A DNA stretch of 64,000 nucleotides, from positions 384,701 through 448,700 of the forward strand of contig JAWKJM010000004.1 in assembly GCA_041393775.1 (NCBI GenBank), read 5' to 3'. This document shows positions 42,547-52,084 of this stretch, one piece after another. The DNA is from Candidatus Nanopelagicales bacterium. Lineage in GTDB: Bacteria; Actinomycetota; Actinomycetes; S36-B12; UBA10799. Positions within the stretch are counted from its first letter, which is position 1; each line of letters opens with the position of its first letter. A program made the position numbers and the translations under genes. A model generated the notes under the pieces. The model was given only the letters and a program-made list of their open reading frames with translations. It made no database searches and was not told the origin of the DNA.

Positions 42547-42770
42547 GCTCGACATCCACCCAATGGGTGCCGGACGGGTCTGGATGTGCGACGGCGCCCT
42601 GTTGGTGCCGGATTCCAGGTTCTGTGGACACTCGGGATCGGCTGTCTGGAAGGCACCTTGCAGGTGGAGCACCTCGGCGGAGGGCTGCCCTGTCACGAGG
42701 ACCTTCAACCAGCGCGAGGCTCGGTGGTGCCTAGCCCAGAAGAATCCTGGACCTGGTGACGACGGCAGCC

Positions 42771-43082
42771 GGTTAGCGTTAGAGATCCACGGCGTTCAGG
42801 CGGGAGAATCCGGGGCGCAGACCGCTCGGGTTAGTGGTCCATGGCCGTGGCTGGCCGCGGCGTTCAGGCGGGGAAATGCCGGGCGGAAACCGCTCGGGTT
42901 AGAGAACGTGCACGAGGTTAGAGAAGCCACACGTGCGTTCACTAACCTCGTGCACGATCTCTAACCTGGCGACCATTCTCTAACCTCGCGGCCCACTTCT
43001 GCGGCGACCGAGTGCACCGGGCCATTTTCGGACCAGAGAACGGCCAACTTCTGCGGCGACCGAGTATGCGAACCGTTTCCAG
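42771..43082. repeat. Family A element, copy A4 (core 42897-42985; two L-units, two R-units)
   Basis: Most complete copy: L-variant, L-unit, a hairpin core with a third arm, then 2 R-units (GGCCCACTTCTGCGGCGACCGAGTGCACCGGGCCATTTTCGGACCAGAGAAC / GGCCAACTTCTGCGGCGACCGAGTATGCG..). Confidence 0.9.
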
Positions 43083-43117
43083 GCCTATGGCCGACCAAAT
43101 GTCTAGCCGGAACCCGA

Positions 43118-43492
43118 ATGCGAGGACCCAATGGGAACCCCAACCGGAACCAGGCCGAAGGTTCGCTGACCCGTTCGGTGGGAGTCCCGTTTCCGCCTCG
43201 GGCACCGTGGCGTGGCCGGATTCCTGCTGTCTACTTCCAGGTGTTGCGGTACCTCGGCGGCGCCGAGCAGTACATGCGCCTGCAGGTGTACGTGCGGGAA
43301 GGACCCCAGGCCCATCGGGACTTAGGGCGGCGGGCACCATCGGCGCTGTTCGAGTCGCTCTGGACCGTTACAGCCGCCGCCATCTCGCGCGCGCCCTGCT
43401 TCGACTACGCATTCAAGCGCGCGCTCATGTGGGTCCTCTTCTCCGAAGCTTCCGGGTATCACCAGGGCGGGCTCCGTAGGCTTGGGGCATGA
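43118..43492 (+). CDS. possible small hypothetical protein coupled to the TPP enzyme (true start unclear: GTG 43241 or ATG 43274 possible)
   Basis: The stop overlaps the downstream ATG (ATGA). The C-terminal ~85 codons are GC3-rich by eye (..LRYLGGAEQYMRLQVYVREG..FDYAFKRALMWVLF..). I recognise neither an RBS nor a homolog. Confidence 0.3.
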   Translation: MRGPNGNPNRNQAEGSLTRSVGVPFPPRAPWRGRIPAVYFQVLRYLGGAEQYMRLQVYVREGPQAHRDLGRRAPSALFESLWTVTAAAISRAPCFDYAFKRALMWVLFSEASGYHQGGLRRLGA

Positions 43493-45207
43493 ACGGAAGC
43501 CAATACCTGGTGGAGGCGGTCCACGCCCAGGGTGTCGACCACTGCTTCATGGTCCCCGGTGGCCTCGACGACGCGTTCATGGGACCGATGACGGCTACCG
43601 ATGGCCTGCGCACCGTCGTGGCCGCGTTCGAGGGGGGCGCCGCATACCTGGCCGACGGTTACGCGCGGGCCTCCGGTCGCCTCGGCGTGGCCTTCGGAAT
43701 CGGTGGGCCGGGCGTGCTCAACATGGCCACGGCCCTTGCCGCGGCCCGCGCAGACCGGACCCCCGTGCTGGCTGTCAGCGGGGAGGTGCCTACGAGTTGG
43801 GAGGGGCTGGGCGGATTCCAGGACGCCTCCGGGGCCGCACTCGACGACACTGCGGCACTGCGACCCCTTACCGGCCTATCACTGAACGTGTCGGCGCCCC
43901 AGCTGCTCCCCCACCACCTGCGTCAGGCCGTTACCCACGCCCTGGTCGAACGGGAGCCGGTCCACCTGGCCGTCCCGGTCGACGTCCAGAAGGCGACCGT
44001 CGACACGCCGTGGGCGCCGGTGCCCGAGCGCCTGTGGTCTCCGCACCACCTGGACCAGGACGCCTTCGACCGCATCCTCGATCTGTTCGGCCCCGCCGAC
44101 CCGGCCCGAAACGTGGTGCTGCTGGTGGGACCGGGGATCCAGTGGGCCGACGCCTTCGACGACCTGGTCCGCGTCGCCGAGCGCTACGAAATCCCGGTGG
44201 CCACCACGCTGGCGGGCAAGGGCGTGTTCCCCGAAGACCATCCCCTGGCCTTGGGGGTGTTCGGCTACGGCGGATCGCGCTGGGCCATCGACGCCCTGCT
44301 CGACCCGTCCGTCGAGGTTCTGGTGGTCCTGGGGACCGGGCTGTCCCAGCGCGACACCCTGCAGTGGGACCCGAAGATGCTTCCCTCCCGTGCGATGGTG
44401 CACGTCGACGCCGACCCGCTGGTGATCGGGCGGACGTGGCCGAGCGAACTGCCCGTGGTCGGCGACTGCGGCACGGCGCTGCGCCACCTGCTCGAACTGG
44501 ACGGGGACCTCGAGCGGGGACTCGACGCCGGGCGCCGCACCCGCAGGGAGTTCCTGGCCGCCATCCGGTCGCGCGGTCCAGCCTGCTACGCACCCGGGGA
44601 CCGGGGCAGTGACGCCCTACCCATGCACCCGGCCCGGGTCGTCTCCGAGCTGCGGGCCGCCTGCCCCCGGGACACGATGCTCAGCGTCGACTCCGGCGCG
44701 CACCGGGCGTGGTTCGCCGAGTACTGGGACGCCTACGGCCCCCGGACCCACTTCTCCTTGACCAACCTCGGCCCCATGGGTGGGGCCATCCCCCTGGGGA
44801 TCGGCGCCAAACTGGCCCGCCCAGAGGCACCCATGGTCATCGCCACCGGCGACGGCTGCATGCTCATGCACGGCATGGAACTCCACACGGCGGCCCGCGA
44901 GGGGGTGCCGGTGGTGGTCGCCCTCATGGACAACCGGTCTTACGGCAACATCTGGTACCGGGCCCACCCGATGGGACCCGGACCCGAGGCCCTCACCGAC
45001 ATTCCCGGCATGGACTGGGTGGGCTTCGCCCGCTCCGTCGGCGCGGAGGGGGAGGTCGTGGAGCGACCGGACCAGATCGCCGCCGCACTGCGTCGGGGGC
45101 TCGATGCCGGCGGTCCCTACCTACTGGATCTGCGCATCGACAAGCACTTCACGACGCCGGTAAGCCCGTGGCGACAGGCGGTCAAGGAGTGGGAGGACGA
45201 CCACTGA
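43489..45207 (+). CDS. thiamine-diphosphate-dependent enzyme (acetolactate-synthase-large-subunit-like)
   Basis: N-terminal Pyr domain (GGPGVLNMATALAAA) and the TPP motif GDGCMLMHGMEL...ALMDNRSYG. Confidence 0.85.
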   Translation: MNGSQYLVEAVHAQGVDHCFMVPGGLDDAFMGPMTATDGLRTVVAAFEGGAAYLADGYARASGRLGVAFGIGGPGVLNMATALAAARADRTPVLAVSGEVPTSWEGLGGFQDASGAALDDTAALRPLTGLSLNVSAPQLLPHHLRQAVTHALVEREPVHLAVPVDVQKATVDTPWAPVPERLWSPHHLDQDAFDRILDLFGPADPARNVVLLVGPGIQWADAFDDLVRVAERYEIPVATTLAGKGVFPEDHPLALGVFGYGGSRWAIDALLDPSVEVLVVLGTGLSQRDTLQWDPKMLPSRAMVHVDADPLVIGRTWPSELPVVGDCGTALRHLLELDGDLERGLDAGRRTRREFLAAIRSRGPACYAPGDRGSDALPMHPARVVSELRAACPRDTMLSVDSGAHRAWFAEYWDAYGPRTHFSLTNLGPMGGAIPLGIGAKLARPEAPMVIATGDGCMLMHGMELHTAAREGVPVVVALMDNRSYGNIWYRAHPMGPGPEALTDIPGMDWVGFARSVGAEGEVVERPDQIAAALRRGLDAGGPYLLDLRIDKHFTTPVSPWRQAVKEWEDDH

Positions 45208-45232
45208 TGGACACCACCGAGCGGAGGTTCTG

Positions 45233-45793
45233 ATGGCCCAGTTGCCCGACCCGACCGATCGCCTCGACCCCGAGCAGCGGGCCGAGATGCAGCGCATGGG
45301 GGCGGCCCGCGCCGCCGCCGACGGCAAGTCCGCGCTCGCCCAGGTCTACGTCCGCATGTTCAACCACCCGGATCTGGCCCCGGCGGTCGGCCACCTCGGC
45401 GAGGCCATCCGGTTCCACGGCGTGTTGCCCGACGACGTGCGGGAACTGGCCATCATGTGGTTCTCTGCCCGCACCCGGTCCCCCTACGAGTGGTCGCACC
45501 ACGTTCGACCCGCCCACCTGGCCGGCCTCGGCGAAGACGTGCTGACCGCCGTCGCCGAACAGCGGATCCCGGAGGGGCTGCGCGACGACCAGCGGGCGGT
45601 GGTGGACGCGGTTAACGCGGTGGTGGCGGGACAGTCGATCCCGGCGGGGGTTCAACAGGTCCTGGTGGACGCCCATGGCGAGGCCGGGGCGGTGGAGGTG
45701 GTGGTGCTGTGCGGGCTCTACAGCATCATGAGTTACACCTGCCGATCCTTCGACATCGACGTTGAGCCCGGCTACCCCGCCGCACCGTTCTGA
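45233..45793 (+). CDS. carboxymuconolactone decarboxylase (AhpD-like) family protein
   Basis: 186 aa with RELAIMWFSARTRSPYEWSHH typical of the CMD family. Confidence 0.7.
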   Translation: MAQLPDPTDRLDPEQRAEMQRMGAARAAADGKSALAQVYVRMFNHPDLAPAVGHLGEAIRFHGVLPDDVRELAIMWFSARTRSPYEWSHHVRPAHLAGLGEDVLTAVAEQRIPEGLRDDQRAVVDAVNAVVAGQSIPAGVQQVLVDAHGEAGAVEVVVLCGLYSIMSYTCRSFDIDVEPGYPAAPF

Positions 45794-46268
45794 GCGGGTC
45801 GCCTCATCAACCCGACTCCCGGCGGGTGACAGGTGCCTCGCCCACCAGTCACGCAGCGTCTTCTTCAGTGTGGTCTGTCGGGTGACCATGTCGTGCGCCG
45901 GCGGACTGGGGCGACTCTCCGGCGAAGCCCGGCCAGTCGTGCACAGGCGGACTGGTCGGCTCGCATGGCCTACTGCTGCTTCGAGCCGCCGGACCTGAAC
46001 GCGTCTCATCGAGACGCCTCACACCTCCACCGGTCGACCGCCGCGGGCACGGCCACGAGGCCCTCCGTAGCAGGGGATCGAGGCCAGCCGGGACTTGTTG
46101 CAGCCCCCGGCCGTGGGAGCGCATTCCTTGCACCGCGTTCGGCATGCCGTCAGTGTGGCGAGGTCGACCATTTGACGGCTGCCCCTGTCACTGCGCTTGG
46201 CCGACGTACCCCAGACAGGCCGTCCACGCCTCACCAGGCACCGCCCGTAGGCTGTCCTAGTGCTGAGA

Positions 46269-48014
46269 ATGTCCACGCTGTTCCTGCGCACCCTGCGCGA
46301 AGACCCGGCCGACGCCGAAGTGCCGAGCCACAAGTTGCTGGTGCGCGCGGGTCTGGTCAGAAGGGTCGCCCCCGGAATCTTCACCTGGCTGCCTCTGGGC
46401 TTCCTGGTGTACCGCAACGTCGAGCGCATCGTGCGGGAGGAGATGGATGCCGCCGGCTTCCAGGAGGTTCACTTCCCGGCGCTGCTGCCGCGCGAGCCGT
46501 ATGAGGAGACCGGCCGCTGGACGGAGTACGGCGACACCTTGATGCGGCTGAAGGACCGCCGGGGCTCGGACTACCTGCTCGGCCCGACCCACGAGGAGAT
46601 GTTCACTCTGCTGGTGAAGGGTGAGTACTCGTCGTACAAGGACCTGCCTCTGGTCATCTACCAGATCCAGACCAAGTACCGCGACGAAGCCCGGCCCCGC
46701 GCGGGCATTCTGCGGGGCCGGGAATTCGTCATGAAGGACTCGTACTCCTTCGACATCGACGACGAGGGCCTGCAGCTGTCCTACGACCGCCACCGTGAGG
46801 CATACATCAAGACGTTCGATCGGCTGGGACTCGACTACGTGATCGTGTCCGCCATGTCGGGAGCGATGGGTGGTTCGGCCAGCGAGGAGTTCTTGGCGCC
46901 CTGCGCATCCGGTGAGGACACCTTCGTACGTTCCGACGGGGGCTACGCGGCCAATGTCGAAGCTGTCGTCACGGTACCGCCACCGGCAACACCGTTGGAG
47001 GGGTTGCCTGCTGCTCATGTCGAGAACACGCCGGACACGCCCACCATCGAGACCCTGGTCGCGGTGGCCAACGCCGAACACCCGCGCGCTGATCGTGCCT
47101 GGACCGCCGGCGACACCTTGAAGAACGTCGTGCTGAGGCTCGACTATCCGGACGGGACGCAGCGCCCACTGATCATCGGACTGCCTGGCGACCGCGAAGT
47201 GGACATGAAGAGGCTGGAGGCGCAAGTGGCGCCCGCGGTGCCGTCACCGTTCGACGAGAGTGATTTCGCCAAGTATCCCGTACTGGTCAAGGGCTACATC
47301 GGCCCGCAGGTTCTGGGCAAGGACTCGCCTTCCGCCATCGAGTACTTGGTCGATCCACGAGTGGTGAGCGGCACCGCGTGGATCACCGGCGCGAACGAGT
47401 CGGGGCGCCACGTGTTCGATCTCGTCTGCGGGCGCGACTTCACCCCCGATGGCACGATCGAGGCGGCCGAGGTGCGCGACGGCGACCCGGCGCCGGATGG
47501 CTCAGGTGCGCTGCACACCGCCCGCGGCATCGAGATCGGTCACATCTTCCAACTGGGACGCAAGTACGCCGAGGCTTTGGATCTCACCGTGCTCGATGAG
47601 AACGGCAAGTCCCGGGTCGTGACGATGGGTTCGTACGGCATCGGCGTCTCGAGGGCTGTGGCCGCGATCGCCGAGCAGCATCACGACGACAAGGGACTGA
47701 TCTGGCCGCGCGCGGTCGCTCCCGCTGACGTGCACATCGTCGCGACCGGCAAGGACGCTGCCGTGTTCGAGGCCGCGGAGGAATTGGGATTGGCGCTCGA
47801 GGACGAAGGGCTCAGGGTCCTCTACGACGACCGGAAGGCCTCCCCAGGGGTGAAGTTCAACGATTCCGAATTGCTCGGGGTGCCCACGATCGTGGTCGTC
47901 GGCAAGCGTTTGGCAGACGGCGTGGTGGAGATCAAGGACCGTGCGTCGGGACAACGGCAGGAGGTCCCGCTGGCCGGTGCCGTGCCGGTGCTACTCGAGA
48001 TCTGTGGGCGGTAG
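46269..48014 (+). CDS. proS: proline--tRNA ligase
   Basis: [28 protein letters not shown], class II motifs and an INS editing domain. An alternative GTG start is at 46260. Confidence 0.95.
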   Translation: MSTLFLRTLREDPADAEVPSHKLLVRAGLVRRVAPGIFTWLPLGFLVYRNVERIVREEMDAAGFQEVHFPALLPREPYEETGRWTEYGDTLMRLKDRRGSDYLLGPTHEEMFTLLVKGEYSSYKDLPLVIYQIQTKYRDEARPRAGILRGREFVMKDSYSFDIDDEGLQLSYDRHREAYIKTFDRLGLDYVIVSAMSGAMGGSASEEFLAPCASGEDTFVRSDGGYAANVEAVVTVPPPATPLEGLPAAHVENTPDTPTIETLVAVANAEHPRADRAWTAGDTLKNVVLRLDYPDGTQRPLIIGLPGDREVDMKRLEAQVAPAVPSPFDESDFAKYPVLVKGYIGPQVLGKDSPSAIEYLVDPRVVSGTAWITGANESGRHVFDLVCGRDFTPDGTIEAAEVRDGDPAPDGSGALHTARGIEIGHIFQLGRKYAEALDLTVLDENGKSRVVTMGSYGIGVSRAVAAIAEQHHDDKGLIWPRAVAPADVHIVATGKDAAVFEAAEELGLALEDEGLRVLYDDRKASPGVKFNDSELLGVPTIVVVGKRLADGVVEIKDRASGQRQEVPLAGAVPVLLEICGR

Positions 48015-48118
48015 TGTGCAGTGCTGTCCATGGTCGGGACTTGGTCAGGAACTGGGCCGGGTGGACCTCGCGTGGCCGCCGGGCCCGCTGATCAGCACCC
48101 GCCCGTCTGCGTTGGCAA

Positions 48119-48343
48119 CCGGTTAGCCTCAGGCGTTCGTGTTGGACGTTCTTGAGTCCGAAAAGGGCTCGCGTACTCGGTAGCAGCAGGAGTTGGCCGC
48201 GAGGTTAGAGGTTGTCCACGAGGTTAGAGAAGCCACACGTGCATTCTCTAACCTCGTGCACGTTCTCTAACCCGAGCGTTCCCGCCCGGCATTTTGTCCG
48301 CCTGAACGCCGCGGCTGGCCACAGCCGCGGATGAGCAACGGGA
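48119..48343. repeat. Family A element, copy A5 (core 48203-48271; loop inverted relative to all other copies; left arm degenerate)
   Basis: GGTTAGAGGTTGTCCACGAGGTTAGAGAA-GCCACACGTGCA-TTCTCTAACCTCGTGCACGTTCTCTAAC followed by one L-unit. Confidence 0.88.
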
Positions 48344-48365
48344 ACCCCGGGTCCACCGGAAGCCA

Positions 48366-49469
48366 TCACCCGGGCAGTTGAACGTCGAGGATCCGGTCGT
48401 CGCCGGATTTGGGTTCGCCCCGGCCGTCGGTGTTGTTCGTCACAAGCCAAAGCGACCCCTCGGGGGTCTCCACCACATCCCGCAAGCGGCCCAACTCGCC
48501 GCCGAACCACGCCCGGGGCTTGAGCGCGCGGTCGCCGTCGAGGGGAACCTGGTACAGGGTCTCGCCCCGCAGGGTTGCCACCCAGGCGGAACCGTCCACG
48601 ATTGCCAGGCCGCTCGGGGACGCCGTCGACGTCGGTGACCAGGTCGCCTTCGGGTTGGTCATGCCACGGATGTCGCAAGGGCCCTCGCAACGCGGCCAGC
48701 CGTAGTTCTTCCCCGGCTCGATCAGGTTGAGTTCGTCGACGTCGTTCTGGCCGAACTCGCTGGCCCACAGCTGTCCTTGGGTGTCCCAAGCCAGTCCCTG
48801 GACATTGCGGTGCCCGTAGGACCAGACCGGCGACTTCGGATCGGGGTTGCCCGGCGCCGGCTCGCCCTTGGTCGTGATGCGCAGGATCTTGCCCCCCAGC
48901 GAACTTCGCTCCTGCGCCAGTTCTGGTTGACCGGTTTCGCCCGTCGCGACGTAGAGGAAGCCATCCGGGCCGAACGCGATGCGGCCGCCATTGTGGATGA
49001 ATCCCTTCGGAATCCCGCTGAGAACTGTCCGTTCGTTGCTGAGGCGCTGGCCGTCGAAGTCGAGCGCCACCACGCGGTTGTCAGTGGCCGAGGTGTAGTA
49101 AGCGAACACCCTGTCGGCCTGCGGCGAAGCCATCGCCAGGCCCAGAAGCCCACCCTCACCTTCGGCCGCCACCTCAGGGATGTTGCCGGCCACTGCGGTC
49201 TTGCCCTCGACGAGCAGCAGGATGTCGCCGGAGTTGCGCTCGCTCACCAGCGCTTTGCCTTTGGCCAGAGGAAGCACGCTCCACGGAGCGGCCAGGTTGT
49301 CCGCGACGGTCGCTGTGACGGTTGGTTCGGTGACGGTTGGTTCGGTGACGGTCGGCGAGGATGACGGGGAAACGCTCGTGGGGGCGGGGGACGTCGGCTC
49401 GGGAGCTTGGTCAGCGCCGCAGCCAGCGAGCAGTCCCAAAGCCACGACCACCATGAAGATCCGCCCCAT
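48366..49469 (-). CDS. PQQ-dependent sugar (glucose/sorbosone) dehydrogenase-like lipoprotein
   Basis: Lipobox MGRIFMVVVALGLLAGC and beta-propeller motifs GGRIAFGPDGFLYVATGE, SYGHRNVQGLAWD and GKNYGWP. The longest ORF extends to 49583. Confidence 0.8.
   Translation of the reverse strand: MGRIFMVVVALGLLAGCGADQAPEPTSPAPTSVSPSSSPTVTEPTVTEPTVTATVADNLAAPWSVLPLAKGKALVSERNSGDILLLVEGKTAVAGNIPEVAAEGEGGLLGLAMASPQADRVFAYYTSATDNRVVALDFDGQRLSNERTVLSGIPKGFIHNGGRIAFGPDGFLYVATGETGQPELAQERSSLGGKILRITTKGEPAPGNPDPKSPVWSYGHRNVQGLAWDTQGQLWASEFGQNDVDELNLIEPGKNYGWPRCEGPCDIRGMTNPKATWSPTSTASPSGLAIVDGSAWVATLRGETLYQVPLDGDRALKPRAWFGGELGRLRDVVETPEGSLWLVTNNTDGRGEPKSGDDRILDVQLPG
49315..49359 (-). repeat. 3 x 15-bp in-frame tandem repeat (PTVTE)3 in the lipoprotein linker
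   Basis: GTGACGGTTGGTTCG GTGACGGTTGGTTCG GTGACGGTCGGCGAG on the + strand. Confidence 0.85.
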
Positions 49470-49525
49470 GGGTTCAGCCTCGGCAATGGAAGCCGGTCTG
49501 TCAAAAGGAGAGTCCGTCGGCCCCC

Positions 49526-49948
49526 TCAGGCCGGTGCGGCAACACCCTCGGGCCATGGGAAGGCCTGGCCCGAGGCCCCCCACGCCTGCGCGCGCAGGGC
49601 GCTGTTCCGAATGGCCCGGATGGACCAGTTGAGCCTTGTCGGTACCGCGCGCTGATCCCCGACCAGCTCTGTGAACAACGGGATCAGCCGCAATTCAACT
49701 GTCGCGAGAAGGGACCGCGCCGAGGCGTTGCCGTTGACCGGGGTGGGCAGGGCGTAGGCCGGGGCCGGTGGCGCCGGATCCACCCCGTCCTGCATCAGCC
49801 ACGCCCGTAGTTGGTCCCGAGCCAGCCGGTGCGTGGCGAGGTCATTCAGCGCAACGTCCTGATCCGTCGTCAACCGGGCTCCTGCCCGGCCGTAAGCGTA
49901 GATGGCTGCATATTCACCGTCGAGGGCGGCCTGCAGTGCCTCGCTCAC
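49526..49948 (-). CDS. DUF4439 (ferritin-like) domain protein
   Basis: LQAALDGEYAAIYAYGRAGARL. GTGA overlap with the upstream lipoprotein gene. Confidence 0.65.
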   Translation of the reverse strand: MSEALQAALDGEYAAIYAYGRAGARLTTDQDVALNDLATHRLARDQLRAWLMQDGVDPAPPAPAYALPTPVNGNASARSLLATVELRLIPLFTELVGDQRAVPTRLNWSIRAIRNSALRAQAWGASGQAFPWPEGVAAPA

Positions 49949-50385
49949 GTCGCCTCCAGACTGACGAGGTGCTGGGCTTCGGATGCGGCGATCAGGGCCA
50001 GGATCTGGGCGAGATCGGAATCGTCGGTCGTCCGAGCAGCTTGAGTTCGCAATCGAATCGCGCGACGTTCCGCGACTATCAGGTCGTTCCGCTTCACCGC
50101 GTCGGTCGAAGGCTGTGCGGCAGTGACGTCGTCCCAGCCGAGTGCGTGCAGGTGCGCCGCGTGTTCATCGCGGATCCGCTGGTACTGCGCGGCGCGCGAC
50201 GTTCCCGCATTCGCGATCGCGGCATCGTATGCGGCGATCAGTGCCAATTCGTCGGACTGTTGGTCGTCGGGTGTGGCAGGTGGTGCAGATGGGTTCGCCT
50301 GATCCTCCCGCCCGCAACCGGGCAACGCCGCGAGCCCGAGCCCGGCCACGCCCGCGACCTGCAGCACAGTCCGGCGGTCCACCAT
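49945..50385 (-). CDS. hypothetical Tat/lipoprotein (ferritin-like partner of DUF4439 protein)
   Basis: MVDRRTVLQVAGVAGLGLAALPGCG signal/lipobox. The longest ORF (to 50715) runs antisense into rimP and is unlikely. Confidence 0.6.
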   Translation of the reverse strand: MVDRRTVLQVAGVAGLGLAALPGCGREDQANPSAPPATPDDQQSDELALIAAYDAAIANAGTSRAAQYQRIRDEHAAHLHALGWDDVTAAQPSTDAVKRNDLIVAERRAIRLRTQAARTTDDSDLAQILALIAASEAQHLVSLEAT

Positions 50386-50436
50386 GAATGCACAGCCTAC
50401 GCATGCGTAATCTGGGAGGTCAGCAGGGAGGCCGAC

Positions 50437-50901
50437 ATGTCGGATACGCGCGAGCAGCAGATAGCCGAATTGGTGGAACCGATCGTGGGTGCTGCCGGGG
50501 CGGACGTTGAATTCGTGACCCTGCGCAGGGCTGGCCGTCGCACAGTCGTCGTGATTGCAGTCGACGCGGATGGCGGGATCTCGCTGGACGAGGTGGCCGC
50601 GTTCTCGACCGAGATCTCGGCGGCCCTGGACGCGGCGGATGTGATGGGTGAGTCGCCCTACACATTGGAAGTGACCTCTCCGGGCGTCCACCGTCCGTTG
50701 ACCCTGCCCCGGCACTGGCGTCGCGCGGCGACACGCCTGGTCAGAGTGCAGATGACGGACGGCACCACCTTCGAGGGCCGGATCGCCGATAACGACGAGA
50801 GCCGCGTGCGCCTCGACGACGGTGGTTCCCTGCGGGAGATCGAGTTCTCAGACATCGACAAAGCCGTTGTGCAAGTCGAGTTTCCGAAGGAGTCAGGCTG
50901 A
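50437..50901 (+). CDS. rimP: ribosome maturation factor RimP
   Basis: [12 protein letters not shown] motif, located directly upstream of nusA. Confidence 0.9.
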   Translation: MSDTREQQIAELVEPIVGAAGADVEFVTLRRAGRRTVVVIAVDADGGISLDEVAAFSTEISAALDAADVMGESPYTLEVTSPGVHRPLTLPRHWRRAATRLVRVQMTDGTTFEGRIADNDESRVRLDDGGSLREIEFSDIDKAVVQVEFPKESG

Positions 50902-51869
50902 TGGACATCGACATGGCAGCGCTCAAAGCGGTCGTGCTCGACAAGGGACTGAGCCTGCAGACCGTGGTCGGGAGCATCGAACAGGCATTGCTGGCCGCCT
51001 ACCACCACACTGAGGGCCATCAGCAGCAAGCGCGAGTGGAACTGGATCGCAAGACCGGGCACGTCACGGTGCTGGCCGCCGAACTCGACGAGGATGGCGA
51101 GACCGTCGGGGAGTACGACGACACCCCAGCAGACTTCGGGCGGATCGCGGCAACCGTGGCCAAGCAGGTGCTCATGCAGCGGCTTCGGGAGGCCAGCGAC
51201 GACGTGACCTTCGAGGAGTTCTCGGCGCGCGAGGGCGACCTGGTGTCGGGCGTTATCCAGCAGGGCAACGACCCGCACCTCGTATACGTACAACTCGGGT
51301 CGGTGGAGGGCGTGATCCCGCCTGCCGAGCAGGTGCCTACCGAGTCCTACGGGCACGGTGAGCGGATCCGGTGCTACATCGTCTCCGTGCGCCGCGGCAT
51401 CAAGGGTCCGGCGGTGACACTGTCGCGCACCCACCCAGACTTAGTCCGCCGTCTGTTCGCCATGGAGTCCCCGGAGGTCGCCGAGGGGGTCGTCCAGATC
51501 GCCGCGTTGGCCCGGGAGGCCGGATATCGCACCAAAATCGCCGTCCACGCCAGGTCGCCACAGGTCAACGCCAAAGGTGCCTGTATCGGTCCCATGGGCC
51601 AGCGGGTGCGTGCGGTGACCTCGGAGTTGCAGGGCGAGAAGATCGACATCGTGGACTACGACGAGGATCCCGCCGTGTTCATCGCGGCGGCCTTGTCGCC
51701 GGCGCGGGTGCAGAAAGTTGAGATCGTGGACGAGTCCGCCCGGGCGGCGCGGGTCACGGTGCCCGACTACCAACTCTCGTTGGCGATCGGCAAAGAGGGG
51801 CAGAACGCGCGCCTCGCAGCTCGGCTCACAGGCTGGCGGCTGGACATCCATCCCGACAACGAGGGCTAG
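50901..51869 (+). CDS. nusA: transcription termination/antitermination factor NusA
   Basis: S1 domain plus two KH domains: [24 protein letters not shown]. Confidence 0.96.
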   Translation: MDIDMAALKAVVLDKGLSLQTVVGSIEQALLAAYHHTEGHQQQARVELDRKTGHVTVLAAELDEDGETVGEYDDTPADFGRIAATVAKQVLMQRLREASDDVTFEEFSAREGDLVSGVIQQGNDPHLVYVQLGSVEGVIPPAEQVPTESYGHGERIRCYIVSVRRGIKGPAVTLSRTHPDLVRRLFAMESPEVAEGVVQIAALAREAGYRTKIAVHARSPQVNAKGACIGPMGQRVRAVTSELQGEKIDIVDYDEDPAVFIAAALSPARVQKVEIVDESARAARVTVPDYQLSLAIGKEGQNARLAARLTGWRLDIHPDNEG

Positions 51870-51970
51870 TCACCGAGAGCCCGGATGTGGCGCCGGTCCA
51901 ACAACGAGGGTTCATTACCGGGAGTTCTGGGCGGACGAGAGCCCCGGGCGCGGCGCTCCATGCGCCCTTG

Positions 51971-52084
51971 TGTGACGAAGTTGCGGGGGCCGAACGCGCA
52001 TTGTCACGAAGGTGCGCGGTTGCAGCTGTTCGGACCGCGCACCTTCGTAACACAACGCCCGGGTGACCGGCTACTTCGTCACAA
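51971..52084. repeat. Family B nested-palindrome element, copy B4 (inside the nusA-ylxR-infB operon gap)
   Basis: TGTGACGAAGTTGCGGGGGCC...TTGTCACGAAGGTGCGCGGTT-gcagctgttcg-GACCGCGCACCTTCGTAACAC...CTACTTCGTCACAA. Confidence 0.9.

Noticed and set aside
43482-44612. 376-aa + strand ORF rich in Arg, Pro and Gly.
   Set aside because: It is an alternative frame of the ThDP-enzyme gene (43489-45207), which carries the real motifs. The composition is a GC artefact.
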